64,000 nt of DNA. Origin: an uncultured Candidatus Rokubacteria bacterium. GTDB lineage: Bacteria; Methylomirabilota; Methylomirabilia; Rokubacteriales; CSP1-6. Each line of letters starts with the position of its first letter. The first letter of the stretch is position 1. The notes under the pieces were generated by a model that had not been told where the DNA came from, searched no databases, and worked only from the letters and a program-made list of their open reading frames with translations. A program made the position numbers and the translations under genes. This document shows positions 55,823 to 64,000 of the stretch, one piece after another. The stretch covers positions 480,001 through 544,000 of the forward strand of contig CAVWWD010000003.1 of the NCBI GenBank assembly GCA_963758635.1, given 5' to 3'.

Positions 55823-56830
55823 TCATTCGATGACCTGGTCCGCCTGCAGTCGCAGAGCTTGGGGGATGGCCAGCCCCGAGCATCCGTGCCGTCTTGCCGT
55901 TGATGACGAGCTCGAACTTCGTCGGCTGCTGGACGGGGAGATCGGCGGGTGTTGGCGCCCTTGAGGATCCGATCCACGTAGGCCGCGGCCCGCCGGTAGT
56001 TGTCGGCGAAGCTCGGCCCGTACGCCGCGAGGCCGCCTGCCTCCGCGAACTCGCGCCGCACGTACATGGCCGGCAAGAGGTTCCGACCGGCCTGCGTCGC
56101 GATCTGCGCTAGCTCGTTGCCGAAGATCGGGTCCGGGAGCACGAGGACGGCGCCGGTCCGCGATGCGGTGAGCGCCGAGAACGCTCCGGCGAGGTCCCTT
56201 GGCTGCTGCGCCTCGAAGACCTGGATCTCCACCCCCAGGGAACGGGCCGCGGCGCGCGTCTCGGCCAGTGACGCGCCCGGCCGCGGGATTGTTCCGGTTG
56301 TACAGGATGGCGACGCGCGTCGACGGCGGGGCACCAGCGGCCTTGAGGAGCTCGAGCTGCTTTCCGCTCAGCTCGGGGCTGAGGAGGGACAGTCCCGTCG
56401 CGTTGCCGCCGGGACGCGCGAGGCTCGCCACCAGCCCGCTGCCGCACCGGGTCGCCGGCGGTGGCGAACACGATGGGCACCGTCCTGGTCTGCGCGCGTG
56501 ACCAGCTGTCGCGGACACGGTCCCCCCGACGAAGAGCACACCGACGTTGAGGCGGATGAGCTCGGCGGCGAGGGCTGGGACCCGGTCGAGCGCCCCGTGC
56601 GCGTGGCGGTACTCGACGACGCAGGCTCTCGCCCTCCGTGTGGCCGAGTTCCCGCAGACCCTGCCTGGAAGGCCGCGATGAACGGATGCGCATGGCGCGA
56701 ACTCATTGATCACCCCGATCCGCGCGGGTCGGGCTCGCCGGCTGGGAGTGGGCGACGAGGGGCGCGACGACGACGGAGAGAACGAGCGAGGGCGAGGCGG
56801 AGCGCCAGACGCTCAACAGGCTGGGCTCAC
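55823..56830 (-). CDS. ABC transporter substrate-binding protein (PF04392-like); several frameshifts, start approximate
   Basis: GLRELG; LAAELIRL; GLVASLARPGGNATG; KQLELLK; EAGGLAAYG; YVDRILKGA; ADQVIE. Confidence 0.85.
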
Positions 56831-57765
56831 GCGAGCGGACGGCGGTGCAGGCCGCTCGTCAGCGTCCCCCAGATCCCCTTGGGCAGGAACAGCACGAAGG
56901 TCATGAAGACGGCGCCCACCACGATGGGCCACCACTCGATGAGGCGGCTGAGCCGCTCCTCGAGGACGAGGAAGGTGAGCGCGCCCACGAAGGGGCCGAA
57001 GAAGGTCCCGGCGCCGCCGAGCAGCGTCATGATCACGACCTGGCCCGACGTGGACCAGTACAGCGCTTCCACCGGCACCACGGTGAGGCGGAGGGCCTCG
57101 AGGCCGCCGGCGAGCCCCGTGAACGCCGCGGAGAACACGAACGAGAGGAGCTTGATCCGGGTCACGTCGTAGCCGCACGCCACCGCGCGGTCGCTGTTCT
57201 CGCGGATGGCCTGAAGCACCGTGCCGAACGGCGAGTCGAGGATGCGGCGGAGCGCGGCCACGGCGAGGAGCACGAGGACGGCCACGAAGTAGTAGAAGAC
57301 GAGCGGCGTGCGGAGCGAGAGCGTGACCCCGGGCAGCGCGAGGGCGGGCAGGGGAATGCCGCGCAGGCCGTCGTCGCCGCCGGTGAGATCGGCGGCGTGG
57401 AAGGCGATGAAGTAGAGCATCTGGGCGAAGGCCAGCGTCAGCATCGCGAAGTAGATGCCCCGCCGCCGGAGGCAGAAGAACCCGGCCAGCGCCCCGCCCA
57501 GCGTCGCCGCCAGCACCCCGATCAGGAGCGCGCCCCACACCGAGCCGATCTTCAGCTTGGCCAGGGCCAGGCCGCATCCGTAGGCGCCGAGGCCGAAATA
57601 GGCCGCGTGTCCGAAGGACAGGAGGCCGGTGTAGCCGTAGAGCAGGTTGAAGCCGAGCGCGATGAGGCCGTAGGTGAGCACCTGGGTGGCGAGCGACGTG
57701 TGCGGCACGATGAACGGGAAGACGGCGAAGAACAGCAGGAACGACGCCACGGGATGGACGGCCAC
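56827..57765 (-). CDS. livM: Branched-chain amino acid ABC permease (LivM-like)
   Basis: GYTGLLSFGHAAYFGLGAY; GIYFAMLTLAF; TGGDDG; SPFG..QAIREN; LLGGAG. Confidence 0.9.
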   Translation of the reverse strand: MAVHPVASFLLFFAVFPFIVPHTSLATQVLTYGLIALGFNLLYGYTGLLSFGHAAYFGLGAYGCGLALAKLKIGSVWGALLIGVLAATLGGALAGFFCLRRRGIYFAMLTLAFAQMLYFIAFHAADLTGGDDGLRGIPLPALALPGVTLSLRTPLVFYYFVAVLVLLAVAALRRILDSPFGTVLQAIRENSDRAVACGYDVTRIKLLSFVFSAAFTGLAGGLEALRLTVVPVEALYWSTSGQVVIMTLLGGAGTFFGPFVGALTFLVLEERLSRLIEWWPIVVGAVFMTFVLFLPKGIWGTLTSGLHRRPLA

Positions 57766-57792
57766 CCATGACGCGACGGCGCGGAGGGCGCG

Positions 57793-58678
57793 TCATTCCG
57801 CGAGGCCGGCCTCGCCGAAGAGCCCGCTCGGCCGGACGAGCAGCACCACCGCCATCACCAGGAAGACCACGATCTCGGTCATCTTGGGCGCGAAGAGCGT
57901 GGTGAGGCTCACCACCTCGCCGATGAAGAGCCCGGCGACGACGGCGCCGACGAGGCTGCCCATGCCTCCGACGACCACCACCACGAAGCACTCGATGATG
58001 ATCTCGACCCCCATCTCCGCGTACACGCCCCGCATGGGGCCGGCGAGGACGCCGGCGAGCCCGGCCAGGCCCACGCCGAGGCCGAAGACGAGGAACCAGA
58101 CCCGCTCGAGGTTGATCCCGAGGGCCCGCACCATGAGGGCGTCCCGGGTGCCCGCCCGGATGATCAGCCCCACGCTCGTCTTCTCGAGGAAGAGCCAGAG
58201 GCGCCACGAGGACGACGGCGGTGACGCCGACCACGAAGAGCCGGTAGACCGGGAAGTTCATGAACCCGAGGTTGACCGCGCCCGCCATCTCGCGCGGGGG
58301 ATCGAGGGTGAGCCCGATCTTGCCCCAGAAGACCTTGACCGTCTCCACCAGCACGAGCGAGAGCCCGAAGGTCAGGAGGAGCGGATCGTCGGGGCCCCGG
58401 CCGTACAGCCGCCGGATGAGCAGTCGCTCGATGAGCAGGCCGAAGACACCCACGAGGAGCGGGGCGAGCACGAGGGAGGCCCAGAAGCTGCCGGTGCGCC
58501 CGAGCACGCTGTAGGCCACGAACGCCCCGATCATGTACAGGGCGCCGTGCGAGAAGTTCACCACCGTCATCAGCCCGAAGATCAGCGACAGGCCGATGGC
58601 CATGAGCACGAGGATCCCGCCCAGCACCAGGCCCGTGAAGGCCTGGGCGGCGAGGACCGTCAGCGAGACGTCGGGCAC
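57793..58678 (-). CDS. livH: Branched-chain amino acid ABC permease (LivH-like); frameshift near 58200
   Basis: AIGLSLIFG..VNFSHG; GLIIRA; VVVVGGMGS; RPSGLFG. Confidence 0.9.
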
Positions 58679-58693
58679 GCCGGGCGACTCAGC

Positions 58694-59927
58694 TCAGGCC
58701 GTGTGCCCCTTCTCCGCGCACGTGCGCTCGAGCTCCTCGTTGGCGGGGAGCCGGGAGATGACCTCGAAGAGGCCCCACTCGCCCTTCACCTGCTGGGGCG
58801 ACCGGACCTTGAGGATCCAGAGGTCCTGGAACGACTTGTTGTCGCAGGCCCGCCAGTACTGCTTGCCCTTGTAGTGGTTGTACTCGCGGTTCTTCCGCAG
58901 CGCGCCCGCCACCTCGTCCGAGTTGGTGGACTTGGCGAGCTCGACGCCGCGCGCGACTTCCTTGATGCCGCTGTAGCCGTAGCCGGAGTACGCGTCGGGC
59001 GGCTGGTTGAACTTCTTGGTGAACGCCTCGACGTAGCGCTTGGCCTCCGGGACGGAGTCGGCCAGCTCGTGGCAGAAGTGCGTGGCCGCCGTAGATGTCC
59101 TGGAAGACCTCGGCCCCGCCCTCCTTCGTGTAGTAGAGGAAGTGGAGCGGCTGGGCGATCTTCGCCTCCTTCTTCAGGCCGAAGCTGATCGCCTGCTTCA
59201 GGAACGGCACGTTGTCGGCGCCCGGCGTGACGGCGTAGATGGCCTCCGGCTTCGCGGCCTGGATCTTCGGCAGGTGGGCGGAGAACTCGGGCTTGCCGAG
59301 CGGGTACGGGGTGCTGCCGAGGATGGTCCCGCCCGCCTTGGTGATGGCCTCGGTGAAGACCGCGTTGTTCTGCTTGCCCCACGCGTAGTCGGCGTAGACG
59401 ATCCACCACTTCTTGCCGAGGTTCTTCATGCCGTAGGCGGCCATGGCCCGGCTCGTGATCGTGGGGTTGAGCGCCTCGTGGAAGGTGAGGGGGCTCGTGT
59501 CGGGCTTGGCGCTGATCTCGTCCGACTGGCTCACCGAGATGTAGAGGACCTTGGAGGCCTTGGTCTGCTCGTTGATGGCCATCTGGACGTGCGCGGCGAG
59601 CCCGCCGACCACGAACTGCACCTTGTCGTTCTCGATCAGCTCCTTGGTGCGCTGGGCGCCGACCGCCGGCTTGAGCTGGTCGTCGCGGAAGAGCACCTCG
59701 AGCTTCCGCCCCATGATGCCGCCCTTGGCGTTCAGCTCGGCCTCGGCGAGCTGGGCGCCCTTCTGCAAGTCGGCGGCGATCGCGGCGAAGGTGCCGGTGA
59801 GCGGCAGCGGGAAGCCGATGCGGATGGGGTCCTTGCTCTGCGCGCGCAGGACGGCGGGGAACGAGAGGCCCGCGGCGGCTCCCGCGGTCGTGATCAGGCC
59901 GGTCGTCAGGAATGTGCGCCGATTCAT
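58694..59927 (-). CDS. Branched-chain amino acid ABC substrate-binding protein with Tat signal; frameshift near 59085
   Basis: MNRRTFL; PLTG; NAKGGIMGRK..RDD; ADYAWG. Confidence 0.9.
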
Positions 59928-60057
59928 CGCGAGGCCTCCTTGCCGTCAGTGAGGGTGGCGGAGTCGTCGCGCGAGCGGGTCGTGGTGAGCGGGCCCGGCG
60001 CGCGCGGATCCCGGAGCTCCATCAGCGTCGCCTCGAATTTCGTCCCGATGCGCCGCG

Positions 60058-60087
60058 ATCATAGAGGCCGCTCCCGGGCAAAGTCAA
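60058..60087 (-). promoter_or_regulatory. sigma70-like promoter of the liv operon
   Basis: Minus strand TTGACT-N18-TATGAT. Confidence 0.55.
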
Positions 60088-60208
60088 TCCACCGAGCCTC
60101 AGCGCACCAGACCAGGCCGAGCGGTTGGATTATAGAGGCCCGTGGCGGCGACCGGAGTCTGCGAACGGACGGCGCCGCCCGGGCGCGTGCTACGATCCGC
60201 GCGCCGCC

Positions 60209-62566
60209 ATGAGCCCGCGCTACGTCGGCCAGCCGGTCAAGCGCCCGGGGGATCCGCGTCTCGTCACGGGGCGAGGCGCGCTACGTGGACGACGTGGCGC
60301 TCCGCCGCATGCTCCACGTGGCCTTCGTGCGGAGCCCGCACGCGCACGCCCGGATCGCGCGGGTGGACGCGGAGGCCGCGCGCCGGGCTCCCGGGGTGGC
60401 GGCGGTGGCCCTCGGGCCCGACGCCGCCCGGCTCTGCCGAGCCTACCGCGGCGTGCTCCTGCACTACACGGGCATGAAGACGGGCGAGATGCGCCCGCTC
60501 GCCGTCGATCGCGTCCGCTGCGTGGGCGAGCCCGTGGCCGCCGTCGCCGCCCGGAGCCGCGCCGAGGCCGAGGACGCCGCCGAGCTGATCGACGTGGAGT
60601 ACGAGCCTCTCCCCGCGGTGCTCACGGCCGAGCACGCGGTGGCGCCCGGCGCGCCGGTCATCCACCCGGAGCTGGGCGACAACGTGATCTACGCCACCCG
60701 GCTCGCCGCGGGGAACGCGGCCGCGGCGATCGCCGGCGCGGCGCGCACGTACCGGCGCGTCTTCACGACGGGCCGGCACACCGGCGTGCCCATCGAGCCG
60801 CGGGGTCTGGTGGCCGACTTCGATCCCGCCACGCGCGCCCTCACGGTGTGGATGTCCACGCAGGTGCCGCACATGATGCAGGCGGTGCTCGCGGAGCTCT
60901 TCGACCTGCCCGAGCAGCGCGTGCGCGTCATCGCCCCCGACGTCGGCGGCAGCTTCGGCATCAAGATCCACGTCTACCAGGACGACCTCGCGGCATGCGC
61001 GCTCGCCATCGCGCTCGGCCGGCCGGTGAAGTTCGTGGCGAGCCGGCGGGAGTCGTTCCTGTCCGACATCCACGCGCGCGAGCAGCGGATAGAGGTGGAA
61101 GTGGCCGCGGACGCCGACGGCGTCCTGCGCGGGATGCGCGCGGCCATCACCGCGGCGGTGGGACCGTACTCCGCGTACCCGCGCTCGAGCGTGGTGGAGG
61201 GCGGGCAGGTGCTCCGGCTCCTGCCCGGGCCCTATCGCCTGCGCGACTACGAGGCCGCGCTCACCGTGGTCGCCCAGAACCGCGGCATCACCTCGCAGTA
61301 CCGGGCGGTGGGGCATCCCATCGCCGCCGCCGTCACCGAGAGCATGCTCGACCACGTGGCGCGCGACCTGGGGCTCGATCCCGCGGAGGTGCGGCGGCGA
61401 AACCTCGTGCGCGCCGACGAGATGCCGTACACGTCGGCCGCGGGCAACGTGTACGACAGCGGCGCCTACCACGCCACGCTCGAGGCGCTGCTCGCCGCCG
61501 GCGACTACGCCGGCCTCCGGGCCCAGCAGGCGCGGGCCCGGGCCGCGGGCCGCCACGTGGGCATCGGCCTCGCGTGCTTCGTGGAGCTCACCGGGCCGGG
61601 GGCGCAGTTCTACGGCGTCGGCGGCGCGCCCATCTCGGGCCAGGAGGGCACGACGGTGCGGCTCGAGCCGTCGGGGTCGGTCACCGCGCTCGTCGGCATC
61701 ACCGACCAGGGGCAGGGCATGCCCACGGCGATCGCCCAGATCGTGGCCGACGAGCTCGGGGTGACGCTCGACGCGGTGGAGGTGCGCTCGGGCGACACCG
61801 CGATGGTGCCCTACGGCGGCGGCACGTGGGCGAGCCGCGGCATGCCCATCGGGGGCGGCGCCACCGTCCTCGCCGCGCGCGCCCTCGCCGAGCGCATCCG
61901 CGCCGTCGCCGGCGTCCTGCTGGAGGCGCCGCCGCCCGACATCGAGCTGGCGGGGGCCGAGCCTCGGTGCGCGGCAGCGCCGACCGCGGCGTGTCGTTTC
62001 GCGACCTCGCCCGCGCCGTGCACTTCCGGTCCACCGAGCTCCGCGGGCTCGAGCCGAGCCTGGAGGCGACGATGCACTTCACGAACCCGGTGGCGTGGAC
62101 CTTCACCGGCGGCGCCCACCTCGCCATGGTCGAGGTGGATCGCGAGACCGGCGTGGTGACGCTCCTGCGCTACGTCGCGGTCGACGACTGCGGGCGCGTG
62201 GTGAACCCCGCGCTGGTGGAGGGACAGGTGGCGGGCGGCGTCGCGCAGGGGATCGGCGGCGCGCTCTCGGAGTGGTCGATCCACGACGAGACGGGCCAGC
62301 TCCTCACCGCGACCCTGATGGACTACGCCGTGCCGCGGGCGGACGACCTGCCCGCGATCGACGTCCACCACCAGGAGACGCCCGCCCCGAGCATCCCCGG
62401 CGGCTTCAAGGGCGCGGGGGAGGGAGGGACGACGGGCGCCCCCGCCGCGGTGCTCAACGCGGTGAACGACGCGCTCGCTCCCCTCGGGGTCGCGCTGTCG
62501 GATCTGCCGCTCACGGCCGAGCGCGTGTGGCGGGCCGTGCACGATCGGGCGACGGCCTCTCGCTGA
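60209..62566 (+). CDS. Xanthine dehydrogenase family molybdopterin-binding subunit; frameshifts near 60278 and 61955
   Basis: RSPHAHARI; STQVPH; DVGGSFGIK; QYRAVG; QGQG; DDCGRVVNP; GGVAQGIG; KGAGE. Confidence 0.9.
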   Translation: MSPRYVGQPVKRPGDPRLVTGRGALRGRRGAPPHAPRGLRAEPARARPDRAGGRGGRAPGSRGGGGGPRARRRPALPSLPRRAPALHGHEDGRDAPARRRSRPLRGRARGRRRRPEPRRGRGRRRADRRGVRASPRGAHGRARGGARRAGHPPGAGRQRDLRHPARRGERGRGDRRRGAHVPARLHDGPAHRRAHRAAGSGGRLRSRHARPHGVDVHAGAAHDAGGARGALRPARAARARHRPRRRRQLRHQDPRLPGRPRGMRARHRARPAGEVRGEPAGVVPVRHPRARAADRGGSGRGRRRRPARDARGHHRGGGTVLRVPALERGGGRAGAPAPARALSPARLRGRAHRGRPEPRHHLAVPGGGASHRRRRHREHARPRGARPGARSRGGAAAKPRARRRDAVHVGRGQRVRQRRLPRHARGAARRRRLRRPPGPAGAGPGRGPPRGHRPRVLRGAHRAGGAVLRRRRRAHLGPGGHDGAARAVGVGHRARRHHRPGAGHAHGDRPDRGRRARGDARRGGGALGRHRDGALRRRHVGEPRHAHRGRRHRPRRARPRRAHPRRRRRPAGGAAARHRAGGGRASVRGSADRGVSFRDLARAVHFRSTELRGLEPSLEATMHFTNPVAWTFTGGAHLAMVEVDRETGVVTLLRYVAVDDCGRVVNPALVEGQVAGGVAQGIGGALSEWSIHDETGQLLTATLMDYAVPRADDLPAIDVHHQETPAPSIPGGFKGAGEGGTTGAPAAVLNAVNDALAPLGVALSDLPLTAERVWRAVHDRATASR

Positions 62567-62979
62567 CCGGTCGCGACGCGGGACGACGTGCTTCGCTCGG
62601 CGGCCTGCGCGAGCGGGCGGCGAGCTTCTGCCGGCGCTGCCGGCGGGATGGCCCGGGCAGAATGCCTTGGCCTTCGGGTGCGGCTCCGGCATAGCGCGGC
62701 CGACCGATCGCAACGTGAGTCAGGGGCCGCGAGCACTTGCCGGCGAGCCGCGCTTGGCGTGCGGTGTGCACCCGCGCAGGCTCAGGTGGAGCCTCTGATG
62801 CTGCGGCAGAGCTTCCGATGAAGCGTCACGCGCCACGAGTACTGTGTTGAAGACTGCCTCGGCATTCTTGACCCTGGGCGCATCTGCATCCGACTCGGGC
62901 CTTCCCTCTCCATGGGGTGAGTTCAAGACAGCGTTGGCGAGTCGCAGCCTTCGCGCCGGACGGAAAGGGAGAATGAGGC

Positions 62980-64000
62980 ATGAGCCAGCAACGTGACGAT
63001 GACGCAGGGGCCGAAATCGGTCAGGCCGGCGCCATGCCTGCGCTCGCGGCGCCAACCGCATCCCCTCTGATCGGTCCCGCCAAGGGGACGTTTCTCGCCC
63101 GCCACATTGCGCGCCTCGCACGCACGCCGGGCGAACGCACGGCTTTTCAGCGTGTGCTCGCAGTGGCGCACGCTCGGGTCAGAGAACTCGAAGAGCTCTC
63201 GCAGGATGCTGATGCGGCGATCGGCGGCGATGCCGCCGCGATCGCTCGCTTCCGGGAAACGCTCACCCGAGCGATACGCAGCGGCATTCAAGGCCGGACC
63301 CGCCGGGCGCCCGAGATCGACGACCCATTGGCGTTCGCGCGCGGCTTCGCCGGGGCAGGTCCTTGCAACGGCGGCCTCCGGCTTGTCGAGCCGGCCGAAG
63401 TTGCTCGGGTCCGGGTAGCCATCGACAGCATCACTGCGCGGGATCCCGCCATGCACAGCCGCTCTCGGGAGACACTCGCCGGACTGTGGGACCGCGGCCG
63501 CGCGCTCGACCGTCTCTACGACGATGCGGTCACGGACAATCCACGGGCCGCGGCCTATGTGCGTAGCGTGGCGGAGCGCATTGGCGTCACGGGCCCCGGG
63601 AGTCCCGACTCTGGTCCACGTGGTCTGCCCGGCGACGACGGAATCTGGCCGCCTCCGGGCAGCGGCGGCCTCGTCGATCCGCCCTGGCCGGACGAGCCGC
63701 CCACGCCGGACATTCCCGACTTCTGTGATCAGGCGCGCCGTTTGTGCGAGGAACTCGTGATCAACGGATTCAGTCCGCGCACTCTGCCCCGCTCTGCGTT
63801 CACGACCGGCATCACCGGCGTTGAGCCGCAGGACGTTTGCCCCGGCGAGATGATCACGATTCGCGGCGCGAGCTTCGGACCGGCTCAGCCCGCCGACGTT
63901 GTGGTGCTGGTGGACAGCTTGATCGCGCAGGTGACGCTCTGGACCGATACCGCCATCACGGTCATCGTGCCCAATCTGGCTCGCAGCGGATGCGTCGGAT
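62980..64000 (+). CDS. Hypothetical IPT/TIG domain protein, lower GC, runs off window end
   Basis: Open frame from ATG 62980 to the end; ITGVEP..CPGEMITIRGASFG..WTDTAITVIVP. Confidence 0.7.
   Translation, partial: MSQQRDDDAGAEIGQAGAMPALAAPTASPLIGPAKGTFLARHIARLARTPGERTAFQRVLAVAHARVRELEELSQDADAAIGGDAAAIARFRETLTRAIRSGIQGRTRRAPEIDDPLAFARGFAGAGPCNGGLRLVEPAEVARVRVAIDSITARDPAMHSRSRETLAGLWDRGRALDRLYDDAVTDNPRAAAYVRSVAERIGVTGPGSPDSGPRGLPGDDGIWPPPGSGGLVDPPWPDEPPTPDIPDFCDQARRLCEELVINGFSPRTLPRSAFTTGITGVEPQDVCPGEMITIRGASFGPAQPADVVVLVDSLIAQVTLWTDTAITVIVPNLARSGCVG

Noticed and set aside
60209..62566. Aerobic CO dehydrogenase large subunit (form I coxL)
   Set aside because: Active-site loop is QYRAVG, not AYxCSFR, and no coxM/coxS are adjacent.

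Overview
Very high-GC bacterial DNA. The gene mix (three PF04392-type ABC substrate-binding genes, Uma2 endonuclease, adenylate cyclase-TolB-TPR protein, LLM oxidoreductase, Liv transporters) is suggestive of Candidatus Rokubacteria/Methylomirabilota, but this is inference only. Single-base frameshifts break many genes, including conserved enzymes, which points to unpolished long-read errors, so I stitched genes across frames and some boundaries are approximate. Most content is ordinary catabolism and transport. Five things stand out. (1) trpS and ileS each follow a leaderless 16-codon leader peptide (MPTATLLRSCWWWPLP; MSRIRPSAIGRGESVS) and a multi-hairpin attenuator, and both enzymes have non-canonical motifs (IleRS2 GVHH; TrpRS ADLQALT), consistent with inducible, possibly antibiotic-resistant auxiliary synthetases. 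(2) A selenoprotein operon missed by the ORF track: a GrdE-like gene lacking the pyruvoyl-forming Cys, GrdB with in-frame UGA (STUGTS), and a DsbA/FrnE-like protein with UPWC, both UGAs followed by similar SECIS-like hairpins. (3) A lower-GC substrate-binding gene flanked by an 11-bp direct repeat (ATCGAATGATG) splits a MoaD-AOR pair and masks the MoaD Gly-Gly end; the same 11-mer ends a second paralog. (4) A very large lipase-lipase-CHAT-TPR gene. (5) Two Phd/YefM antitoxins with palindromic operators but no intact toxin, plus MITE/REP-like repeats. No rRNA, tRNA or CRISPR array was recognised.
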